A stretch of DNA of 64,000 nt from a virus (lineage: Duplodnaviria > Caudoviricetes), in IMG/VR virus record IMGVR_UViG_3300009149_000032, positions 292 through 64,291 of that record; one strand, 5' to 3'. Below are positions 10,152-19,210 of this stretch, piece by piece. The position numbers and the translations under genes were made by a program. A model generated the notes under the pieces. It was given only the letters and a program-made list of their open reading frames with translations. It was not told where the DNA came from and did not search any database. How positions within the stretch are numbered: the stretch's first letter is position 1; the number at the start of each line of letters is the position of its first letter.

Positions 10152-10759
10152 GTTATATCTTTGTCAATCTCAACTACTTTACCAGAACACCTTGAAGTTG
10201 CGACTGCTTCACTCACACAGGAGTACATTGCACGAGCGTCATTCTTATCATATCTCGTGCTGTTTGCAAATCCAAGTTGCTGACCTGCTTTGAATCCTGC
10301 TTCATCTGCTGCAAGGTATACGAAATCCCACTTGTGAGTTTCCTGTTGCTCCTTGATCATTTCAGAAATCTTTGTGCTGTTAAATTCCTTACTTGCGTTC
10401 TCAGCACCGTCTGTAAGAATTACAAGGATGACCTTCTCTGGTTTCTTCTTCTCTGGAAGTTCATCAATTTCTTTATTCACGTTGTTGATTGTCTTACCAA
10501 TTGCATCAAGTAGAGCAGTACAACCTCTAGGACAGTATGATGTATTAGTGAATGGTTCAACCTTCTTGATTGATTCATTGTTATACTTGAGTTCGTACTT
10601 GTCGTCAAACATCGCAACGGTCATATTGCATTTACCCTTGACCTTCTGTTGCTCTTCAAGGAACGTATTAAATCCTCCGACAGCATCGTCAAGGATTGTC
10701 GACATTGATCCCGACCTGTCTAAAACACAAACGATTAGTGTACTATTCTTCTTAGACAT
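10148..10759 (-). CDS. vWA domain protein
   Basis: MIDAS motif DRSGS, TALLDAIG, ILTDG-EN-S-E; likely start MSKK at 10759. Confidence 0.85.
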   Translation of the reverse strand: MSKKNSTLIVCVLDRSGSMSTILDDAVGGFNTFLEEQQKVKGKCNMTVAMFDDKYELKYNNESIKKVEPFTNTSYCPRGCTALLDAIGKTINNVNKEIDELPEKKKPEKVILVILTDGAENASKEFNSTKISEMIKEQQETHKWDFVYLAADEAGFKAGQQLGFANSTRYDKNDARAMYSCVSEAVATSRCSGKVVEIDKDIT

Positions 10760-10967
10760 TCTCTTTCCTTTTCGATCCAAAACCATAATTAAGAGTGAAA
10801 CCACATTCATCACATACTACTTGAAAGTATGGATACGGTTTTCCTAACTTCTTACACTGCTTTCCATCCTGAACTGTATCAATCTCAGAGTACGAGACTA
10901 CTACACTGAACCTCAACCTTGAACAAACAGGACAAGTCTCACTAACCACTTCATTCTCCCTCTTCAA
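10752..10967 (-). CDS. Small putative zinc-binding protein
   Basis: CPVC...CDEC pairs; overlaps both neighbours at their ends. Confidence 0.5.
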   Translation of the reverse strand: MKRENEVVSETCPVCSRLRFSVVVSYSEIDTVQDGKQCKKLGKPYPYFQVVCDECGFTLNYGFGSKRKENV

Positions 10968-11565
10968 AATAAACTTGTGAACTTGCAGTAGTCTGGACCG
11001 TACCTTGTACTGCTTCCTTAGGACGCTTTACTAAAAGTAAACTCTCTGTGATAATCCTTTCAATAATATGAAGGACTCTATCTGAATGTTCCTTGTCCTC
11101 TTCATCGAAATTAAACATATCATAAGGTAGAGCAACCACATCAAGTTTGTAGTACCTGATAATCTCAAGCAACTTGATTGCCGAGAACTCTACAACGTCA
11201 CTTCTTGGAGCAACTGCCCAACCGGGGATCAAAGAATACTTCTTGAACTTTCCCTTGAGTCGATTGAATACATAGTCGTCTGGATTCTCTGCTCTAAGGT
11301 TACTTGGAGTCACTGGGAATGTTGCAAACTTTGTAGGCTTTGGTGTATTAGGAATATGACTAAGGATAGAAGGGCAACCTCCGTACACCTCCACTGCTTT
11401 TCCAATTTGCTCTGGAAGACTTGGACACTTCGCTACAATCTCCTCAAGCATACCACCACCCATAACCGGAGAAGTTCCATTCTTTTTCTGATAAACAGAT
11501 ACGGGAATGAGGATGATGTCGAATTTCGTAGGATCTGCTAAGATGTTATGGTTGATTGTTTTCAT
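10951..11565 (-). CDS. Macrodomain-like (ADP-ribose binding/hydrolase) protein
   Basis: NIL...DIILIPVS...KKNG--VMGGG...CPSLP--IG...FATFPV...VALP resembles phage macrodomain proteins; ATGA overlap with thyX supports start 11565. Confidence 0.55.
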   Translation of the reverse strand: MKTINHNILADPTKFDIILIPVSVYQKKNGTSPVMGGGMLEEIVAKCPSLPEQIGKAVEVYGGCPSILSHIPNTPKPTKFATFPVTPSNLRAENPDDYVFNRLKGKFKKYSLIPGWAVAPRSDVVEFSAIKLLEIIRYYKLDVVALPYDMFNFDEEDKEHSDRVLHIIERIITESLLLVKRPKEAVQGTVQTTASSQVYFEEGE

Positions 11566-12176
11566 CGTAATGTCTCCAATGAGAATACCGAAGGAGCGAT
11601 AGTCCATAACTGTTTCCATATTTCTTCTGCAATGATTCTGATATCCGGGTGTGCTGCTACCGGCATTCTAAGTTTAAGAAAATGTCTCCACTCTCTGAAG
11701 TTGCAGGTCATAACTAATTCTGTTTTGAGACAGGTAGGAAGAACTGATCTCGCTTGCTGTGGTGAACACCCCCTTTCGAGAAGTTCAAAATAATTCTTCT
11801 CTGCTTCCATTATAGAGACAGTCCATATTGCTTCATCACCTCCTTCAATTCCCGAAGGTTTGATTACAGTAATCTCTTTTCCAAATTTCTCTTTACTATA
11901 ATTGCAATAACGTGTAGACTCCTGACTGTAGGAAGCAAGTCTATGTCTCACAATTTCATGTGAGATTCCTCTGTCAGTAATTATTCGGAATGAAGCGGAG
12001 GCATGTTCCAGAACTGATTCGTGACCACGTTTGATAATCATTCTGATAAATTCTTCAGCAGTTCCTTCAGTAATATCATCCTCAGACTTGTAGCAAGTTC
12101 TCCCTGCTGATTCGATCTCGCATTCTGGCGCAAACGTGTTCCAGAGTAGTTTCGCTGATGGTTCTACAATCTTCAA
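11562..12176 (-). CDS. thyX: Flavin-dependent thymidylate synthase
   Basis: GRTCY-S, GHESVLEH, RGISHEIVRHRLASYSQESTRY, ARSVLP. Confidence 0.97.
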   Translation of the reverse strand: MKIVEPSAKLLWNTFAPECEIESAGRTCYKSEDDITEGTAEEFIRMIIKRGHESVLEHASASFRIITDRGISHEIVRHRLASYSQESTRYCNYSKEKFGKEITVIKPSGIEGGDEAIWTVSIMEAEKNYFELLERGCSPQQARSVLPTCLKTELVMTCNFREWRHFLKLRMPVAAHPDIRIIAEEIWKQLWTIAPSVFSLETLR

Positions 12177-12207
12177 GTTTCTCTCCTGTGGGAATTGGTT
12201 TGAGCCA

Positions 12208-12235
12208 AGTCTATCATAAATTTCTCGGAAGTCAA
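12208..12235 (-). promoter_or_regulatory. Sigma70-type promoter for the thyX operon
   Basis: Minus strand TTGACT-N16-TAGACT with TG extension, upstream of an AGGAGAG RBS. Confidence 0.55.
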
Positions 12236-12296
12236 GATCTTTCTTCGATTTTCTTCAAAGAATAATCTCTTGCTACAATTTCCTGAATTATCTTAC

Positions 12297-12370
12297 TTGT
12301 AACAGAATACAAATATGCTACGTTTGTAACAACCGCAATATTCACTTGTATCTTTTGTAACAATTGTAAC
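12297..12370. repeat. Clustered TTGTAAC direct repeats in the divergent intergenic region
   Basis: TTGTAAC at 12297, 12324, 12355 and 12364; variant TTGTATC at 12346. Confidence 0.6.
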
Positions 12371-12414
12371 TTCTATTGAATAGTAGTTATAAGAATCTTG
12401 GCGGGATTTTTTCC

Positions 12415-12443
12415 TTGACAACCTATCCGGGTTCTGATAGAAT
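12415..12443 (+). promoter_or_regulatory. Sigma70-type promoter for the ruvC-regA-pol unit
   Basis: TTGACA-N17-TAGAAT with TG, then AAGGAG RBS. Confidence 0.8.
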
Positions 12444-12461
12444 CTCCCACAAGGAGAATTT

Positions 12462-13274
12462 ATGCAAGGAACTTTTACAATCTGTGGGATCGATGCTTCC
12501 CTATCATCTACGGGAATTTGTGTCGCTAAGTGTAAATTTGATAGGTTAGATAGAGCAGGACTTCTGGATTTACTCATTAACCTCGAATCCGATGTAGACC
12601 GCACAGGGATAGACTCTGTGTTTGAAGTTGTACACGAAGATGAGATCAAATGTCCGAAACAACTAACCAAAGACCTTGCAGCATGTCGTAAGAAGCAAAG
12701 AGATATGATTGCAGAGGGAGATCATACTTACCTCTCGGATACTGCTATGGAAGAGCATTTGTTTATGAGGAAGATTGAGAACATTGTCTTCAACGCAATG
12801 ACGCTTATCAAGTTACACCAACCAGATGTAGTCATTGTTGAAGACTATTCATATCATTCACAGGGTTCTACCACACAACTAGCAGAACTTAAAGGTGCAT
12901 TGAAGTCTGCCCTCAGAAGTTCCTTGTGGCGAGATGCTGACCCTTACTTCTACACAGCACCAGTTCCTAGCGTTAAGAAGATCGCCTCGACAATGGGGAA
13001 TGCAACTAAGGAACTTATCTGTGAGAATATGAAACGGTATGGATTTGAGGGATATGAAGAGAAGAATGACCAACTCGACGCAATTGGTATAGCACTGTCT
13101 CTGTTCTATTCCATATACTACAGAATATACGGATTCGACTTCCCTGAACCTACCGGTAAGACTTCTAAAGAGAAAACCAAAATGAGGAACCATATCAAGT
13201 CTTGGAAGAAATGCCTAGAGACTTTTGCTAATCGTATTGGTTCTAGAGATGAATTGATCAAATGGGTTATGTAA
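12462..13274 (+). CDS. RuvC-like Holliday junction resolvase
   Basis: ICGIDASLSSTG, PDVVIVEDY, LAELKG, SVKK...GNATKE, DQLDA. Confidence 0.8.
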   Translation: MQGTFTICGIDASLSSTGICVAKCKFDRLDRAGLLDLLINLESDVDRTGIDSVFEVVHEDEIKCPKQLTKDLAACRKKQRDMIAEGDHTYLSDTAMEEHLFMRKIENIVFNAMTLIKLHQPDVVIVEDYSYHSQGSTTQLAELKGALKSALRSSLWRDADPYFYTAPVPSVKKIASTMGNATKELICENMKRYGFEGYEEKNDQLDAIGIALSLFYSIYYRIYGFDFPEPTGKTSKEKTKMRNHIKSWKKCLETFANRIGSRDELIKWVM

Positions 13275-13942
13275 AAGTAGATCTTGACAATCTCAAAACG
13301 CTAAAACTCAACAATGAGCAGTTCAAACTATTCCTCAACCAAATATCAAAAATAGAATTGATCCTGCGGGACTTTGATATGAATGTTGATAAGAATCCCC
13401 ACCTCTGCCCTGTCTGTGACCTCAGGAAGTATGTCAAGTTAGCATTGGATTGGCAAAAGGTTCTGCGGTGTGTGGAGACATTGAAGAATCACATGGGGGA
13501 TGTGAAGTTACCTATGGAGGAATTTCTTCTCTGTTCATATTATACCCTAGCAGCAGATCTTGAGAGTTCAATTCTCATCGAATTTGGCAACGAAGAGATA
13601 GCATGTAAGGGGATTAAGGACAAAAACATCGACGTTCTTAGAGTTTATGGTATGATGATGAACCTGTTTATGAAAGAAAGTCTAAAGAAAGTCCTTGACA
13701 ATTACACCAAGTTGATGTATTATATGAAGGTAAAGCCAGAACAAGTTTATCTTCTGATGAACATTCTTCTGGAAAGTATAATGACCTTGGTTGGACGGTT
13801 CGTTCATATTTACGATGAGAAAACTCATACCGGGGTTATCCATATTTTCAAAACTAGAGAACATAAAGGCGAGGGTCTTTCTTGTGGAGAACCTCTGACA
13901 TTAGAATACACCGTAGATAAGAAAGGTACAACTCATGGATGA
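13262..13942 (+). CDS. Hypothetical protein
   Basis: 226-aa ORF overlapping both neighbours; one CPVC motif; no recognised family. Confidence 0.5.
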   Translation: MGYVKVDLDNLKTLKLNNEQFKLFLNQISKIELILRDFDMNVDKNPHLCPVCDLRKYVKLALDWQKVLRCVETLKNHMGDVKLPMEEFLLCSYYTLAADLESSILIEFGNEEIACKGIKDKNIDVLRVYGMMMNLFMKESLKKVLDNYTKLMYYMKVKPEQVYLLMNILLESIMTLVGRFVHIYDEKTHTGVIHIFKTREHKGEGLSCGEPLTLEYTVDKKGTTHG

Positions 13943-14465
13943 TACATTGAGCAATTTGGAAAGTGTAGTGAGGTTTACACCTTCATCAAGTATCAGATTC
14001 GTCGCTGAGGAATTACGCAGATATGGAATCAAGACCAACAAGAAGAATGAGAAGGGTAAGACTCTTTTCTATCAGAGCGCACATATCATACAGGTATTTG
14101 ATAAAGAGAGTGACAATGATGTTCTGTATCCTTCTTATGCGCTTGTGAGTTTCAAAGACCTCTTCAAACTCATTGGTAAGAACGAAGCAGGAGTTGATGA
14201 CCAAGACGTAGTTCGTGTCTGGGTTATTGCTGAGAAACTTGAGAAGCGAAAGATTGTACAGATTATTGGAACTGCCAAAGAGAATCTTGGTGAAGATGAC
14301 AAACCTACTCTTCCAGATTGTTATGCGAACCTCCATCACATTCACAGAAACGATGAAGAGCGTGAGAACTATTCTTACAAAAGTAAGTTCGCAACTAACA
14401 AAGCATACAAGACTACAGATGGTAAAACTTTACTTGGTGTGTCTGACCACTTCGTATTGGTGTAG
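13935..14465 (+). CDS. regA: RegA-like translational repressor
   Basis: EELRRYGI...YQSAHII...YALVSFKDLF--IG...D-D--R---IA--L aligns with T4 RegA (ETLTRMGI...LYQSCHIL...YYIVHFKEM); lies upstream of the polymerase. Confidence 0.7.
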   Translation: MDDTLSNLESVVRFTPSSSIRFVAEELRRYGIKTNKKNEKGKTLFYQSAHIIQVFDKESDNDVLYPSYALVSFKDLFKLIGKNEAGVDDQDVVRVWVIAEKLEKRKIVQIIGTAKENLGEDDKPTLPDCYANLHHIHRNDEERENYSYKSKFATNKAYKTTDGKTLLGVSDHFVLV

Positions 14466-14473
14466 GAGAAGTT

Positions 14474-14686
14474 ATGATTGAAGGATTTAAAACGACGAAA
14501 CCTAAACCAGAACCAATTCACCACTCAAGATCGTTCACTGAAGGTGAAATAATATCTGCTCTAACTCTTTATATGGAGCGAAATGGTATTGAGGTTCCAA
14601 AGGGTAAGGTTCTCCTCTATGGTTTGATGGATGATTATCCTCGTACTAAAATGTTAACCCTAAGGATTGATGAGGAAGTAGAATGA
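14474..14686 (+). CDS. Hypothetical protein
   Basis: AGGAG RBS; ATGA overlap with the next gene. Confidence 0.55.
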   Translation: MIEGFKTTKPKPEPIHHSRSFTEGEIISALTLYMERNGIEVPKGKVLLYGLMDDYPRTKMLTLRIDEEVE

Positions 14687-15057
14687 GTCTCGACCCTAAA
14701 ATGGAAAACCTCTTGAAGTCATTTGTTCAACTCTGTGACACTATGGTTGAAGAGGCGTTTGTTATAACAAATGGTTTAGAGATTGCCGGGATTGTTCTTC
14801 AAGAGGAACTTGCCCAACATATCTGCCGGAAGGTTATCAATACATACAAAGATCCAAAGCAAGCAGCGGAAGAATGGACAGTATGTAATTTTGCAAATGC
14901 TATGAAGTATTCATTCGAAAGAGGTTATAGAAGTGGCATAGTGAACACATTGAAAACTATTCGTGAGGAAGTCCCTGAAGGGCAACTAGCACGAGACGAA
15001 ACTAAGGAGACTGATAATGTCGGACAAGATACACAACTACGGGATGGTGAACTATAA
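14683..15057 (+). CDS. Hypothetical protein
   Basis: GAGG RBS; operon context. Confidence 0.55.
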   Translation: MSLDPKMENLLKSFVQLCDTMVEEAFVITNGLEIAGIVLQEELAQHICRKVINTYKDPKQAAEEWTVCNFANAMKYSFERGYRSGIVNTLKTIREEVPEGQLARDETKETDNVGQDTQLRDGEL

Positions 15058-17812
15058 TAAGTTTAAGAAGCAAATTGAATATACCTATTTCGAAAAAGAC
15101 GATAACGATGAATGGGTAAAGCAGTACGGTCAGAAGACTGTAGAGAATGAAATCTTTGTCCCTAACGGTGATGCTGTTGTCAAGCAGACAATCGGCACTA
15201 CTCCTGATCTCAGAAAAGATCTCTTCGGTAATCCAATCCTCACAGGTATCTCCTGTGAATATTTCGATAAGAAACTTCCTTCAGCAATTAGAACCTGCCC
15301 TTGTAGATTCTCCTACGATGTTAACCCTATCATAAAATTCCTCGCTGATGAATTTGAATTCGACGCAGAGAAGGATGAAGTTCCTCCCCTCCGTGTTCAG
15401 TTTATGGATATCGAAACACAGATGGATGATAAGGGATTCTTGCAAGCGTGGGATGTTGGACCAGATAGACAAGGTGCAAGAAGAGGTGGAGTCACTCTGA
15501 TCTCTTCTTACGATTCATCTTCAGATAAAACGATGCTCTTCGGGATTCATCCTTACAATGATACTGTTCACGCACTCGAAGATAACATTGAGTATATAGA
15601 TTGTGGTGATGAGTGTGGAGTTCTGAGAGAGTACATGAAGTATCTCAAAGATACCGACCCTGAAATCATTACAGGTTGGAACGTTGCTGATTATGACATA
15701 CCTTACATTCTTAATAGAATGCTTCTACTCTTTGGTGACAAATCTCTCAGGCATTTCGGAAACGGATCTGCTTGGATTAAGAATGAAGCAAGAAGATTCC
15801 TTACCAACGGAATCAACATTGTAGATTATATGATTCTCTATAAGAAGTTTGAGTTGACTCCGAGACGTTCCTATGCTCTTGCTGCTATCGTAGAAGAAGA
15901 AGAGGTAGAGATTGGTGGGGAAGGTAAGATCAAGTATGAAGGTTCACTCAGGGACTTTTACGAAAATGATTGGAACGGTTTTGTAAGATACTGTATCCAA
16001 GACTCAAAGTTGGTTTACGAACTTGACAACAAGAAAAAACTTATGGAAACATTTGTTATGTGTTGTTATATGTCGGGGATTAGTTTCGATAAGGCAATCG
16101 GTCTTGACGTATCGTGGTTGAGAATTCATGACGCTGCAATCTATCGCTACTGTCAAGAGCAAGATATTCAACTTCCAGAGACAAAGGAAGCACCAGAAGA
16201 CACTGCCAAGTTTCTCGGAGCATACGTTATGACTCCCGAACCGGGACTGTACGACTATGTGACAGTATTTGATGTTGCTAGTCTGTATCCTTCCTGTATC
16301 CGTGCTTTGAATATATCTATTGATGCATACAGAGGTAAAATTCAGAGTGGCGATATACCAAGTCAGCAAGGTCCGTACATTGTAGAATTCTATTCTCCTC
16401 TGTGGTTGTCTCTAGGGGATTACCAAGAGAAGATTCTTGAGTCATACAACAAGTACAATAAGAAAAAGATCAATACAGTTCAGGGTAGACCTGAGGTTGT
16501 TCAGTTCAATACATTTGAAGAACTCAGAACTTATCTACAAAGTAGAAACCTTTGTGTTGGAGCAAACGGTACAATCTTCACAAAGGATTTCCGTGGTGTT
16601 ATCCCTGCTCTCCTTGACCAGTGGATTGCCATTCGTAAAAAGAATAAGAAGTTGTACTTCGATTACAAGTTGAAGTATCAGAAGTCTGGGAATCTTGAGG
16701 ATAAGCAACTTTCTGACAGGTATAATACCATTCAGCAGGTTTATAAGATTAGACTTAACTCCCTGTATGGATTCATCGGAACTAAGTGGAGTAGATTCTA
16801 TCATACAGATCTCGCTGAGGCAGTTACAGCAACCGGTCAGTACGTTATCAAGTCCACAATGGAATACCTGAAGCGTAAGAATCCATTCTTCGACGCTATG
16901 TACTGTGATACAGATTCAGTCTTCATTAACTACGGGAAGATTCTTCAGTACAAAGGTATTGTGATCTCAGAAGAGAACCGGGAAGAGTGTGTCAAAGCCT
17001 GTCTTGAGATTGATAAAGAGATTAAGGCAGCAATCAAAGAGAACTTGGATAGTGTATGTAAGAATATTATGCTCACAGACAATGAGTATCAGTTTGAGAC
17101 TGAGGAAGTCATATCGAAACTCTTGATTACATCTAAGAAGAAATATATCGCCAAGGTTGTTTATGATAAAACGACGAGTCAGTATCCACCAGAGGACTAC
17201 ACGATTAAGGGAATGGAATTTAAGAAGTCCAACCTCTCGAAACCTATCAAGAAGTTCCTCCATGAAACTACAATCAAACTTATGAATGGTTTGACTCAGA
17301 GAGAACTCCAAGTAATCCTTCGTAACAAGTTTGATGAACTTCCTAATATGCCTATTGATGACATTTCTTATGTACAAGGTGTTAGGAATATCTGGAAGTA
17401 CAAAGACGGATCGAATATAGTGATACAGAGTGAGAAGAGTGCGGTAGTTTACTTTGCCAAGAAGACTCCGTATCATATTGCAGGAGCAATGGCATACAAC
17501 GCACTGATTGATCACGACCCCGAACTCAGAGGTTTATCGAAGATCCAAGAGGGTGAGAAGGGTAAGATAGTTTTTATATGTCCTTCAAATGCTCTCGGGA
17601 TCAAAGCGATCACACTTCCGATAGGTTCCGATTGGCACCCTGTCCTATATAAGTATTTTAAACTTGATGTAGAGTATATGTTTAACAGGCTTATATTAAA
17701 TCCTCTAAATCCTACATTGGAAGCATTGCGTTTTAATATAACATTAGATAGCATTCTGGGATTCAAATTTTTAGACTCTGACAATAAGTTTGTCCAGACA
17801 TTACTATTCTAG
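15017..17812 (+). CDS. Family B DNA polymerase (gp43-like)
   Basis: Exonuclease motifs DIET, GWN---YD-PY, YC--D; polymerase motifs DVASLYPS, KIRLNSLYG, YCDTDS, KKKY. Confidence 0.97.
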   Translation: MSDKIHNYGMVNYNKFKKQIEYTYFEKDDNDEWVKQYGQKTVENEIFVPNGDAVVKQTIGTTPDLRKDLFGNPILTGISCEYFDKKLPSAIRTCPCRFSYDVNPIIKFLADEFEFDAEKDEVPPLRVQFMDIETQMDDKGFLQAWDVGPDRQGARRGGVTLISSYDSSSDKTMLFGIHPYNDTVHALEDNIEYIDCGDECGVLREYMKYLKDTDPEIITGWNVADYDIPYILNRMLLLFGDKSLRHFGNGSAWIKNEARRFLTNGINIVDYMILYKKFELTPRRSYALAAIVEEEEVEIGGEGKIKYEGSLRDFYENDWNGFVRYCIQDSKLVYELDNKKKLMETFVMCCYMSGISFDKAIGLDVSWLRIHDAAIYRYCQEQDIQLPETKEAPEDTAKFLGAYVMTPEPGLYDYVTVFDVASLYPSCIRALNISIDAYRGKIQSGDIPSQQGPYIVEFYSPLWLSLGDYQEKILESYNKYNKKKINTVQGRPEVVQFNTFEELRTYLQSRNLCVGANGTIFTKDFRGVIPALLDQWIAIRKKNKKLYFDYKLKYQKSGNLEDKQLSDRYNTIQQVYKIRLNSLYGFIGTKWSRFYHTDLAEAVTATGQYVIKSTMEYLKRKNPFFDAMYCDTDSVFINYGKILQYKGIVISEENREECVKACLEIDKEIKAAIKENLDSVCKNIMLTDNEYQFETEEVISKLLITSKKKYIAKVVYDKTTSQYPPEDYTIKGMEFKKSNLSKPIKKFLHETTIKLMNGLTQRELQVILRNKFDELPNMPIDDISYVQGVRNIWKYKDGSNIVIQSEKSAVVYFAKKTPYHIAGAMAYNALIDHDPELRGLSKIQEGEKGKIVFICPSNALGIKAITLPIGSDWHPVLYKYFKLDVEYMFNRLILNPLNPTLEALRFNITLDSILGFKFLDSDNKFVQTLLF

Positions 17813-17814
17813 TA

Positions 17815-17843
17815 TTGACAATAGTCTATGTATGTGGTATAAT
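17815..17843 (+). promoter_or_regulatory. Sigma70-type promoter
   Basis: Exact TTGACA-N17-TATAAT with TG. Confidence 0.85.
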
Positions 17844-17872
17844 ATATAGACGGATCTTAAGGAGAACTGAAT

Positions 17873-19210
17873 ATGCCACAGGAAAAGAACATAACAGAAC
17901 TGGATTTAATCACTGTACTATTCTTTCACGCTTCAAGTTTTCATGCATACATGCTACGTCTGGAATCGGAATTCTTCTCGGAGAAGTATCAATGCTTCTT
18001 TGAGGTTATGCAGAAGCATTACAAAGCATACGGTAAGGTTCCTGCCCAGTCTGTTTACAAAATAGAGTTAGATCCTGAAGACAAGAAAGAGGCGTTGGTA
18101 ACTTGGGATGAAGTCTATGCGAACTATGAGAAAACAAAACACCTTTCACACGATTACCTTCTCGACAAATTTGATAACTTCTCTCAGGGTTGTTTCTTGA
18201 AGCGATTCCTTGTGAACAGTTATGATCTATATGCGAGGGGTGACTATAAGAAAATAAGAAACCAAATCTCCCGGTTGAATGATGCAATCATTGACAACAA
18301 TCTCGGACAGGAGTTTCATGAAGATTCTTTTATTGACAAGAGATACGGACCTAGCAGTTTTGGTTCCTATGTCAATACAGGATTCTCAACGTTTGATGAT
18401 GTGTTTGGTGGTTGGTATCGTAAAGCACTTCACGTTATCGCCGGTCCCTCCAACTCAGGTAAGACTCTTTGGTTGATTAACTTCGTAGCAAACCTCCTAC
18501 TCAATCAAGAGCAGACAGGTTTGAAGATTCTTTATATCACTTTGGAAATTGACGAAGAGCAGGTTGGTAGAAGACTTGACGCTTGTCTTCTTGAAACCCC
18601 AATGACTGAAGTTGCACAATTCAGAGATCAGAAACTACGAGAGTTGATTTCTGAATCAAAAGAGACAAAGGGTAATCGTCTCATCATAAAAGAAATGCCG
18701 GGATACAAGACAACTCCTGCAGACATTGAAGCAATGATGAGGAATCTCGATATCACAAGTGAAGGTGAACTGAAACCTGATATTGTTATTGTAGATTACA
18801 TCGGACTCCTATCTCCGTCTGTTGTTCATAAGAATATGGGATTGTACGAGAAGGGTCTTTCGCTTGCTGTTGAATTGAGATCTATTGCACAGAGATATGA
18901 TATTCCTATGATTGTAGCAGCACAGACAAACCGTGATAGTTTCTCTGATAGAGTTGGACAGGATAAGATATCAGACTCTATTGGTATTGCTCAGACCTGT
19001 GATATGCTTCTAACAATTAATCGTAATGATGAATTGGATGCAAAAGATCAGGCTAACATTTATATGGCTAAGTCAAGGTTCTGTAAGAATGGAGATATCT
19101 ATCTCTTCCAAGTTCTATACGACTGCATGAGAGTTGATGAAATTGTAGGTGGTACTGCGTCCGGTGAAACCGAAACTGGTGAAGAAGATAAAGATAACAA
19201 GGAGAATTAA
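17873..19210 (+). CDS. gp41-like replicative helicase (DnaB family)
   Basis: TGF--FD--FGG, Walker A GPSNSGKT, YITLE, IVDYIGL, AAQTNR, SDSIGI. Confidence 0.92.
   Translation: MPQEKNITELDLITVLFFHASSFHAYMLRLESEFFSEKYQCFFEVMQKHYKAYGKVPAQSVYKIELDPEDKKEALVTWDEVYANYEKTKHLSHDYLLDKFDNFSQGCFLKRFLVNSYDLYARGDYKKIRNQISRLNDAIIDNNLGQEFHEDSFIDKRYGPSSFGSYVNTGFSTFDDVFGGWYRKALHVIAGPSNSGKTLWLINFVANLLLNQEQTGLKILYITLEIDEEQVGRRLDACLLETPMTEVAQFRDQKLRELISESKETKGNRLIIKEMPGYKTTPADIEAMMRNLDITSEGELKPDIVIVDYIGLLSPSVVHKNMGLYEKGLSLAVELRSIAQRYDIPMIVAAQTNRDSFSDRVGQDKISDSIGIAQTCDMLLTINRNDELDAKDQANIYMAKSRFCKNGDIYLFQVLYDCMRVDEIVGGTASGETETGEEDKDNKEN

Noticed and set aside
12293-12670. Minus-strand 125-aa ORF
   Set aside because: Overlaps the RuvC-like gene and its promoter; no RBS or recognisable motif
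13262-13942. gp62 clamp-loader subunit, suggested by its position before regA
   Set aside because: No recognisable gp62 similarity and no adjacent gp44 AAA+ gene; left as hypothetical
15017-17812. Intein or intron in the polymerase (extra sequence after SLYPS)
   Set aside because: The insertion is short with no intein terminal motifs or LAGLIDADG, and the frame is uninterrupted
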